Source: Magallana gigas (lineage: Eukaryota). From it: a stretch of DNA of 64,000 nt. The position numbers and the translations under genes were made by a program. Below the pieces are notes generated by a model. That model was not told where the DNA came from. It saw nothing but the letters and a program-made list of their open reading frames with translations, and made no database searches. Below, in pieces: positions 1 through 10,380 of this stretch. How positions within the stretch are numbered: the first letter of the stretch is position 1; the number at the start of each line of letters is the position of its first letter. The stretch covers positions 12,276,001-12,340,000 of the forward strand of contig NC_088856.1 in assembly GCF_963853765.1 (NCBI RefSeq). Direction: 5' to 3'.

Positions 1-400
1 CTTGCTTAATTTTACCTCAGCAAACCTTAGATCAATCCGACATTGTAATTCCCTATATTTAACTTTTGAGAGACAGTATGCGTCAGCTTTTTACACGTTA
101 TATTATAAAACAGTGCACCACCATTACTATATCTCAAAACAATGCACCAAATAACAAACCTTCAGACGATTTCTACGCAATGAATTAAGAATCAAATATG
201 ACACAAAAAATTGTCATTGTAGCCTGTAAACGAAAAGCCATTCTAGATTTTAAGTGGTTTTGTTCTGTTGGTTAATGTAATTCGTATGTTTAAAAAAACA
301 CTAATAGGATGCTCTTAAGGGGTATTTCTCCATTAAATAAGGACTCTCTCTATGCTAAACACTAGCTAATTAGTTCTATTTTTATAGTTACTGTTTTTAA

Positions 401-926
401 AGGGATTTGGACACGATTTGAGATCAAAAATTTTATTTTCGCTTTTTTAGTATAAAATGGTTTACTGGTGCATTTAAAAAGATTGACCAAAATATTGAAT
501 GTTAAAGTCAAGTTACAATCAAGATACAAAGGTAAGAATTGATTGTTATATAACAAAGCTCGAGTCTTATAGTTGTTTACAAAAAATGTAATGTAAGGAA
601 TTGCCATTTCTTAGACAAAATGACATGTAAAAACAATTTTAACTACTAGTAATTCAATATCTTCATAAATACTATTATCAACAAAAAAGAAATATTTGAT
701 GAAGACTTACACAAATACAACACATATGTTAAAATGACAATATTCGAGATGTGTTTACAAAACAAAGAACTATGAAAATCTGTATCTTGCTTATAACTTG
801 ATAATTGACTTTCAAAGTTTGACATAGCATTATAAACTTCTATATTTATCATTATAAACATTGAAAAGGGAAAAATAAAATTTGAAAATTTTAATTTTAA
901 GTTAAATCGTGTCATTTTAGGTCCCT
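401..926. mobile_element. Non-autonomous TIR element (MITE), Kolobok-like, TTAA target duplication
   Basis: TTAA at 397-400 and 927-930 flanks AGGGATTTGGACACGATTTG ... AAATCGTGTC(ATTTTAG)GTCCCT (imperfect TIR). RR..YY termini with TTAA fit Kolobok. A second copy in opposite orientation lies at 58854-59360. Confidence 0.8.
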
Positions 927-1621
927 TTAAAGCAATTAGAGTTGTCTGTCCTTTCATGTATGATAGAATATGCAGCAATCTCATTGGCGTGACGTATTTG
1001 TAATGGATTTAAGAACAATAATCAAATTGCTTTGTTTACTAGGTTTTTTTTTTTATCTAAGTAAGCAAAAGAATTTATTTTCATCAAAATGTTGTGTTAA
1101 GAATGCTGTTGGTTTTTATCTTAATGTGTAAAGATGCCAATGTGTTGCATTTATGTACACTATTTCATCGCATTCAAAATAAAAAAAATATAGCTTGTGG
1201 TATATAATAAAAGATAATTCTTAACACAAAACTCATTTTCTGAAGATTACTTAATTTGTATAATAGTATCTTCAGCTGGATGCTTATCTTATTAATTTTT
1301 CTCTTTAAATACCGCTTTAAGTTTGAGATTACTCTAAAAAAAAAAACACTTAATAATGAACAAAATGAAGTTTTAATTTAAATTTAAGTATCCAGATTCC
1401 GAATCAAGTCTAATTTTTACTATAAATTTTCAGAGATTGTACGTTACATAAAATGCAATAACGTAAATATCTTTTTTATTAGTCTGATCAACGGGAATTT
1501 TGTGGTATATTAGTATTTTTATTTAAACAATGAAATAAATTGTACGTTAAAAATTAAACGGCTGTTCCTTCTGCTACAAAGGTATTGGACTATCAGTGCA
1601 TTATATTTTACAACACTTCCT

Positions 1622-1748
1622 ATGCACCTGATCCTACCTCTATTTTTTGGGGGGTGGGGGGGGGGTGTCCGTGTTCCTTCGCTTTGAATTTGTATTTCGT
1701 TTAATATATTTTTGAGCTGGTTGACAGTTTGTTATTGTCATTTTTCAT
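1622..1748 (+). repeat. Dispersed repeat fragment (GCACCTGATC.TACCTCT...GTCCGTGTT...TTTGAATTTGTATTTCG...GTTGACAGTTTGTTATTGTCATTTTT)
   Basis: Near-identical second copy at 59642-59755 in the same orientation; element class not determinable from these fragments. Confidence 0.7.
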
Positions 1749-2114
1749 TGAGTTCTAAACCTGTTTAATATTCGTTGAGTATCAAAACATAGTGAAGTGG
1801 TGAACCTATACCGAATTCTATACCTTATTCATCTCAAAATGTTTGATGTGTCATGTTACTGTTGGATTAAGTTTTGATAATAATTTTGTATCACATTTAT
1901 GTGCAAGAGTTATTGTGCATTTTGCTTGTCGTATGAGAGAGTGCATTCAGTGTAATCTTTTTATTTCCAGAAAATGTAAGATAAAAAATATAAATTTAAG
2001 CTTTATAATTCGAAACAAATGATTCTGTTTTTGCTGGTGACAAAACAAACCAATCTTTATCTTTATCCAAACTTTTCTAAGCGTAAATTTAGAAATCAAA
2101 ACATTATATATGTA

Positions 2115-2120
<6 letters not shown>

Positions 2121-2170
<50 letters not shown>
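2121..2170. repeat. (GA)n microsatellite between two copies of a ~90-bp local duplication
   Basis: Pure GA run; TGCTGGTGA...TTTATC.AAA.TTTTCTAA.CG.AAATTTAGAA occurs at ~2033 and ~2182. Confidence 0.9.
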
Positions 2171-2173
<3 letters not shown>

Positions 2174-2424
2174 TTGTCTTTGCTGGTGAAATAAAAAGGA
2201 TATAAACAAATATAAAGACATCACAATTTTATTTTTATCAAAATTTTTCTAAACGGAAATTTAGAATTCTCAACATATTGATCATATTATATACACTACA
2301 TAACCAGACCTGCATCTTTAAAGTAGTTATATCGTTTTCATCAAACTTTTAAAGTTTTGATCAAAAATATATTGTCATTTTCTGTATAAAGCAGCCACAG
2401 ACAATACGTACGTCAAAACGTAGA

Positions 2425-2845
2425 TGCAATTATAAAACAGTGCATCAAATACACGCAAATATAATGAGATGAATTCACGCCATTAATTCAAAAATCTGAC
2501 ATAAAACATTTTGTCTTATTCTCCCAGTAAATGAAAGAACATTGTAGATCGTAATTTGTTGTGTTGCTTCCAATGCTTCCATCAAAAGTAATAATCAAGT
2601 AAATTCTACAGTGGTATTTCCACTTAAATCAATTAAGGACCCTTTCTACAATGAACACAGAAGAGTTATAATTTCATAGTTACTTTACATTTTTGCTGTT
2701 AAAGTTGTCTGCCTTTTGATGTATGAAAGGATGTGCTGCACTCGCAATGGAAGGGCGTAATTTGTTCTATACATTATATTGAACAAGATCCTCTGTTTTC
2801 TTGGTTTTACATTAGAGTAGGCAAGCAAAAATTAATTTCAAAAGT
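2425..2845 (+). repeat. Old direct duplication of ~95-1075 (without the MITE)
   Basis: Collinear diverged matches: ATTATAAAACAGTGCA (~105 / ~2430), GGTATTTC..TTAAAT..AAGGAC (~320 / ~2615), AGTTGTCTG.C.TTT..ATGTATGA (~940 / ~2705), AAGCAAAA (~1063 / ~2823). Confidence 0.6.
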
Positions 2846-4349
2846 GCCCATGCACTTTAAAGTGTTTTTAAAATAACTTTCTTATGAAAATGAGCATAAT
2901 CAAATAATATGCATTCAGCGTATAGACACATTCCTTGAAACCTAAAAACAGGGTCCTTAGAAGATTTTTGCATGTTTATTTTTTTTATAACATTATGTAT
3001 AATTATTAACCTTAGAATGCTTATTCTATTATGGAGAAATCATGTATATAAAAACGATATTTACAACCGTAATTTCGTGTGATATATACAGTTTAGACAT
3101 ACACTTCTTGTTAAAGACAAAACAATCACAGAAACTGCATTATTGCTAACAGTCACGATTTCCAAATTGGAATCAGATGGCTTTCACTCATCTAATCTAG
3201 CAATTGCATTATTGATAGGTATATGCATGTATATCTTCTCATTATTACATTTGATGATGACAGTGTTAGATGCGTTGCCTTCTCTCCATGACATCAGTAT
3301 TCTCCACAACAATCGGCTGAATGACTCTGAAAAAGAGGCCATGTTATTAGATTGTGTCCGGAATACAAATACATATAAAGGAATATTTTCACTTAATATT
3401 CCATATCAGTAATTAAACAAACCACCTTTAAAATGAGTAAATTGTTTGAAACTATGGAGTACATGTATTCGAATACTTGACTATCGCAAGGTCACAACAA
3501 TCCTTAACTAATATTTTCTTAGTCGATGAATCGTTGTAAGGAAAACAAAGTCGAAACATCTTTTTTTTTGTGGCTAAATGCAGCAATTTTTGGCTATCAA
3601 TTAACTGACAGCCTTCTTTTTTCTGCAATTTTGATCCGTAAGTTGCAGTGATGTGATTCCTTTGGTGCCCTAAATGTTATTATAAGCGGCGGATAAAAGG
3701 CAAATGTTTGATTTCTTGTTTACAGCTCATTGCTGAATTACAAATAATAAAAAAATGTCGATAATGTTAAATTGTGTCTTTTTGAAATATATTTCTTCAT
3801 GAACTTTTACAAAAATGATTGAATTGTTTGGCAACGTTAAAAAGCAAACAAAAGGCATGTATTGGTCACATTCATTTTGGCTTTTTTCGTCTATATAACA
3901 TTCTGATTGCTTATATGAATATTCAGGTACTTTGAATCCAATAAATGAATAATTCATCCGATAGAATTTAAGGAGATGTGTTAATATAAACTGTAAAATG
4001 TTTTATTAAAATTAATGGTTCTAACGTCCCTTGAGGCTATAGCGATAAGGTATCGCTGCATTCTTATTAAGTATAAACAACCAAAGGAAACAGTTCTCTT
4101 TTGTTAAAAAGTTAATCGATGTATTTATACTAGTATGTCTCTTTAAACGTTTACTTATTTAAACTATCACTAAGGTTGCTTTCAATAATTTTGCAAATAC
4201 AGGAGAAACAGAATGGCATGGTTTGCCTGGTTGTATATTATCTGTGACAATTTTTTTTGTTATGAATATCAAATTAAATTATCTATAATCATTGGGTTAT
4301 TTTTTAAATTTAAAATCAGTTCATTTATATAATACATATACTACATATC

Positions 4350-5716
4350 TTACACGAATTGACAGGTCCCTTTGAAATACGTCAGAAACCTTGGAACTTT
4401 GACCAAAGCCTCACCGTCATCATTTACACACATCAGTCCCGAGGCGCACCTGTCAGGAAATGATTGATTGGTTATTTGATTGATTGATTCAATAATCTTT
4501 CATTAATTCAATCGATAATACATATATTTATGCATTTTAATTTACTGTTTAGTACTTTCCAAGAGGCCAGTTTTTACGTATTTCATTATAATTCTTAATC
4601 GTACGAAAGACGAATAGGGTCACATAAAAAATATTTTTTAAGTGGCCCTACTCGTCTTTCGTATTATCGTATTCATCCAGAATTTATTTTTAAAAACCTA
4701 ATATTTTTTAAATACCATGGATGAACAATTCGTTATTGTATTGTTTCCCTTACTCCGTTTATTCTTTGCACATAAATGCTTGAACTATGATTCATTAAAC
4801 GAAAGGTTGTAGGATCTGCACGTTGTTTCAAAATGACATCAAAAGTGTCTGTAAACAAAATGCATCATCTATGCCGGATTGCATGTTTTATTTTCTCCAT
4901 CATTATTTTTATCACCCATGAAAAGCAACACAATGTCGGTTTTGATTATGCATGCATTTGTTTATCCTGTCTAGTAAATATATTTTTGGCTCAGTGTTAT
5001 TAAGGTGAAGACGATTGCAAGGCTCAGAATTCAGACTCCGTCGCTTTAACATTTTAAAAAAGCAAGTATCTGTAATGCTCAAATTGATGATTATTTTTAT
5101 ATTAATTTTGATGAATAGGTAGTTATTATTATATTAGACAATAGCCACTAGAATAGTCGATGCCCGATAGAAAACAATCATCCCATTCCTCCTCCTCCCC
5201 TACACCCCCCCCCCCCCCCCCCCCCGGTTGCGAAACATAATATTATTTATTTTTATTAATTTGGAGGGGGGAAAGAAATTTACAAGGCTTTACAGAGTAT
5301 CATTTGAAAAAGTGTTGCTAAAAGTTGTACAGCAAAAACTTAAATACATCTTCAGTTACCCACCTGCATTCAGTTTTCTATCCGCTATCAAACTTTTAAT
5401 TTCGCTCCTAACTCGTTACAATAACTTGAAACATCTTTATAGCACCATATACGCTGAAATTTTTTGAAAATATATAACAACTTTTTACTCGGTCATTTAT
5501 TTCAATATGATATTACCTTGCGGTAGCCCAAGAACAATGATCCCCTAGTCTGCGTGCGCATTCTCTGCAACAATGACAAGGTCTTTGTACCACGTCACAA
5601 TTTTTGGAGGGTAGAGGTGGACAGGGAACATCGGGGTCACATTTACCGCAGGCCAAGGTCATTGAAGATCCCAAGGACACAAGAATGAACAATCGAAGAA
5701 TACAACAGTTCTCCAT
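4350..5716 (-). CDS. Perlustrin-like secreted single IGFBP-domain protein, 99 aa, 2 coding exons (5716-5517, 4449-4350)
   Basis: Signal peptide plus CGKC..CPP..C..PCHCCRECA..GDHC..TAR; donor AG|GTAATA, acceptor CCTGACAG|G. Exon 2 continues RCASGLMCVNDDGEALVKVPRFLTYFKGTCQFV*. The mature part has the 12 Cys of an IGFBP N-domain, and FKGTC resembles the abalone perlustrin C-terminus (recalled as FKGVC). Confidence 0.9.
4602..4663. mobile_element. 62-bp TIR-only derivative of the IS3EU-like element at 16956-18429
   Basis: TACGAAAGACGAATAGGGTCACATAAAAAATA/TTTTTTAAGTGGCCCTACTCGTCTTTCGTA is two TIRs fused back to back; flanks TAATCG / TTATCG (6-bp TSD, 1 mismatch). Confidence 0.8.
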
Positions 5717-6448
5717 TTTCTATATCTCTTGGTTTTTTTTAACTTTTACTCGATAGCTCTTAATGACTGCAACTCAACAGAGATGTAAAATGATTTATGT
5801 ATACGCATGTATGTTCCTCCTACGATAAAAAGAAGAAAAACGAATCTGTAGTTATGTAATAGCGATTGCATCATCTGGCAGCTTTGTTTGTCATAGAGAA
5901 TTTTCAACAATTAACAACAGAGCGCGCCAGACTCGTAGTAATTTGTCATGAAGAACGAAGGAGAGGGAAAATATGCAATTAAAGTGCTTGAGAGATGTGC
6001 CGGTGTGTTTTAAGGATTGGCCGAAAGATAGCATTTTGAGATTTACTCCTGGAATATCTACCGAATTCCAGCGTCATCTCGTATTTGCTTGAACGAAGCT
6101 GACAGTAACGTCTCGTTGATTTCGATATTAGTTTCACAGCTTTTAAACGGTTTTTCAAGTTTAATCTCATTTTATAAATATGCGCTGTCAAGGAAAATGC
6201 TTTTATACTGATCGCCTCTATCGTAGTTTTATATGGCTAACATCATTATTCCCTAGAACAATGTGTTTCTACATGTTTTACTAACTTCATGTATCAAAAT
6301 GAACATGCAAACTATCCCACCGGATACAAGCATATTAAATGTGAACAGTCAAAGTAACAAGATACTCCGTGCATTTGGTGAAATGTCGAAAGGAAACTTG
6401 TAGGAAATTAAAAAAAAAAATACCATAAGAGACATTTATAGAATAAGT

Positions 6449-8702
6449 ATGGGCGCTTGTTGGTAAGTATAGCACAATTTTAAAAAATGCGTAAAGCTTA
6501 GAATATTTTTTAGATAAAGGTTGTTATAGCTAGCGTGTTAAATAATAGTTTTATAGCTCTATTTCATGCTTTTGTTTGAGCGCAGGAAATAATATTCTGG
6601 CGTATAAACAATTTCATACAACAATATAATCACGGTTTCGATCCTCGGGGCAAATTTTTCATAAGCTACCGCAAGGTAATTTCATCCAAAAACAAGATAT
6701 CATAACTCTATTGTTTAAAACGTGTATACGATACTTTAAGGATATTTTATGATAATGTATTGAGTAAGGGGCGAGATCGAAAGTTTGATGGCGGGTGAAA
6801 ACCGAATTAAGATAGTAACTACAGGAATAGGGTAAACGCCTGCGTATGACGTATACTAGTAACATTAGATACACACAACTCTTGATACATGCTTTGCTTG
6901 TTAAAATGATAAAGAAGCTGGACGCAGGTTGGACACCCATTTTTATTTATAAATATATGATAAACATCAATACAAATTAAAATATCGTTTATCGTTTAAT
7001 TATAATTTTGTTACATTTTTAGCTAATTTGTAAGTTGAAGTTGAGTTGACTTAACAAGTTAAACGGAAGCCCATGTAGTAATTGTAAAAAAAAAAAAATT
7101 ATAAAACGTAATGAGTTGCACTATTGTAATTTGTATTGATACACTTTAAAAACAGCAAACTTTATATCCTGAGATTTTACGCGATGATAAAAAAACGTTT
7201 ATTTCAAGTCGCAAAAAATTTACCACAAAATTGTTTTCACTACAATTTACAACAATAAAAAATATCGCAAATCGCAAAAGTGGCATGCTCTAAAAGAAAA
7301 ATCTACCTATTTAGATTTTTCTCCTTTTTTTGGCAAAATGTGCGACACGCAAAAAAAAGCAAGATATTTTTTTCATTTTATACATGTATGATAAACTCTC
7401 TATGATTTCTCGATGTGTTATAGCTCCGGAATCGGCACCTCTCCCTCCCCGGAAGAAACGGCCGTCAAGATCCGTGCTAGAAATAATTTCAGGGATAAAT
7501 ATACACGGGAGAATGAGGAACATCAAAAGCAAAAGAGAATCGACGAACAGGGAGAGGTGTGGCAACAGCAACGAGAAGAGGCCGCAAGAGTGCGCAGGCT
7601 CAGAGAGGCAGGTCAACAAAACAGAAATAAACAACGACAGGAAAGAGACCGGAAGTTACAAGAGGAACAGAAGAAGGAGGAGGACAGAAGAAACCGGAAG
7701 GACGTCAAACGTTATGATAAAGCCCAACAGATGCCAGATGACTCGTATGGTGGTAGTCAGGCGCCATACAAATACCAAGCAAAGCAGCATAACGTTCAAA
7801 ACACAGGACGTCCAGTCAGGATAGACGGTAGAATGGAAGGTAAAGCACAGAAAGATGCTAAAAACAGGGGCAAACTTATCGACAAGAGCCCGGATGAAAC
7901 AAATAATACATTTTACGAAATATCTCTTAAAGAAGATGATCAAACAGCAGTTTTAACTGAGCAAAGACAAAACGTGAAAGGCAAACAATCCGGTGGGGGT
8001 ATTCATGTAATTCCACCAGACGTTGGGAAAGAAGAACTCAAAGATGACAGACCACATCGCTCTAAAGTACGACAGAGAGCAGCAACAGCTCCAGATGTAA
8101 AAGGAGTGGATAGAAACAGAAAGCAAGACGATATGCTTCTTCCAATGGGTCCAAGAAAACCAATTAAAGGGATTGGACAGCCTGATAAAAACCACGAAAA
8201 GTTGGAATTGGAAAACGATGGAGACGAGCAAAGGCCTGGTGTTCCTAAAACACAACTCAAAGATGACAGACCGCAACACTCTAAAGTACGACAGAGAGCA
8301 GCAACAGCTCCAGATGTAAAAGGAGTGGATAGAAACAGAAAGCAAGACGATATGCTTCTTCTGATGGGTCCAAGAAAACCGATTAAAGGGATTGGACAGC
8401 CTGATAAAAACCACGAAAAGTTGGAATTGGAAAATGTTAGAGACAAGCAAAGGCCTGGTGTTCCTAAAAAGCGTCCCCGGAAACCAGAGGTTGTGGAAGT
8501 TTCAGGAGTGCAAAGAGTCCAAGAAATAGAGAAGGCAAAAATGAAAAAGGATGAAAAGACTATTCATTCAGAGGCCCAAAGACAACAACAAGAAAGTGAT
8601 CAAGAGATTTCAGAAAGCGGTCACGAAGTCGCCAAGGTCAAAATCCATCCCTCTGATGTTGACCCTATAATTCGAGAGAGGGCTCTTACCTCTCAGTACT
8701 AA
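6449..8702 (+). CDS. Uncharacterised charged, low-complexity protein, 430 aa, predicted N-myristoylated/palmitoylated; exons 6449-6462 and 7424-8702
   Basis: ATG GGC GCT TGT TG|GTAAGT (consensus donor) joins TTATAG|C TCC GGA in frame, giving MGACCSGIGTSPSPEE... and continuing the 429-aa ORF; AATAAA at 8832-8837. Confidence 0.7.
8035..8472 (+). repeat. In-frame tandem duplication, 2 x 219 bp (73 aa), inside the 430-aa protein
   Basis: LKDDRP..SKVRQRAATAPDVKGVDRNRKQDDMLL.MGPRKPIKGIGQPDKNHEKLELEN....QRPGVPK occurs twice; AACTCAAAGATGACAGACC starts at 8035 and 8254. Confidence 0.95.
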
Positions 8703-10380
8703 AATTATATAATATATTTCAACAATTTTGGGTCTAATGAAAATACATCTGTATAAAGATTGATTTAATTTTAACACATTTCATTGATATGTCAAAACAG
8801 GATTGGGCAACAAGCAAAGTCTATACATTATAATAAACCCTCCCCTAAATACATGTAACAATTGTGAAAGCATTAGGCAATTGTAATATTAGTATTTAAA
8901 ACCATTACGAGAATTGAAGATATGTTCAAATGCAACAAGTTGTCTTAAATTATTAATCAATAAGTTGGATAAGGTACAAAATGTAAATATATGTATTCCG
9001 TTTGAATGAAGAAAATTAAAGAGTTTTTTTCTTGTATTGTGTTTACTGTCGATTCCTAATTAAAAGCGAGGAATTAATATGTGCGTAAAATCGTGAGTAG
9101 CGCATCCTGCATGTCTTAAGATTTTTCTTTTATTTTTCGGACGGATGTAAACTAAATGAAACTATGATAAAAAAAAATCGGCGATTTGAAGCAAAACGCT
9201 TGAATCGCAGAATTAAGAACTCAAATTAAATGATAAATCTACAGTATAACTGCTTCAACATTCCTTTTTCATTATTATGCTTACAATTGATAAGTGCTGC
9301 TTTTGGGTAAAAACGTCGTGTTAGTATGTTTTAGACAAGAAACGTGTGATTTTTTCCTTCAAGCATGGAAGATCAATTAATAGGAACCATACTTTGAAAA
9401 CGTGCAGATATTTCTATACTTAATAGAATATGAAGTATTGTAAACACATTAGTAACTTATATATACACGTGTAACTTTCTCCTAGCTTATGACAACTCCT
9501 TTACTGCTTTCTTTTGAGTCATTGAAGTTTGGAATGCATGCATGGCGTTTATTTAACACCTAAAATGCACATAGCGCATTCAAAGTGTAAAAGCTCACAA
9601 CTCATCAGAAAATTTCAATTTTACCATCAAAAGTTGTGAATTAATTCAATCAAGAATTATTCTATTTTACTACAAATATACTTTTATTAGCTTCCAATAT
9701 ATTTGGGCTATTCAAAAAATTACAACAAAAAAACAAAGTGAAACAATTCATCAATTTCTGTGTTAAAATGATTCTCATACGAATCGTAATCTATACTTTA
9801 CTTATATTTTGGCATTCAAATACAGTAAATCTACAAACTTCATACTAACATCAAAAATATATAATCGTGTAATATTTTATAGTGAATGCTTAACAACCTT
9901 TGATAAACAAATGATAAATCACATAAACAAAATCAGAAAAAAACCCATAAAAACACAACCAGTGGTCGTTATCACAGATATAAGATACATGTATAAAGAT
10001 CATTCTCGTTAGGTCTCGAATGGCATTACAGGAAATTTTTTAATCAAATACATGTATTTCAATTAATATCTTTATACTATGTACAATAAGCAATTAAATC
10101 AGATTCATCACATAACAAAACGAAGGGAATAAAAATTTCATAAGCAAATTACATAAAAATGATTATCAAATTATATACATAATACTATACATGTATTGTG
10201 TATTAAAAAATACAATGATATTCTTTGGTCAGGTCTTGATTAGATAATTCTCAGCATTAATATTACATTCATCCTCTAGCAGTCTATGATTTCACATTGT
10301 GTGGCTTCAGTTGTTCTCACAATTGCTCCAAGCAATTAATAGAGTGAGTTAATTGTAATATATTGTTATGGAGGCACTTT

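Noticed and set aside
362-984. ORFs 362-607 and 646-984 (and 58819-59004)
   Set aside because: They are translations of the non-coding MITE; the two copies do not keep a common frame.
3143-3412. 89-aa ORF (and a 52-aa antisense ORF)
   Set aside because: No ATG start on +, no recognisable motif, no supporting splice pattern.
7311-8450. Overlapping ORFs 7311-7634, 7330-7824, 7656-7943, 7953-8450, 8003-8446
   Set aside because: Shadow frames of the purine-rich 430-aa gene and its internal repeat.
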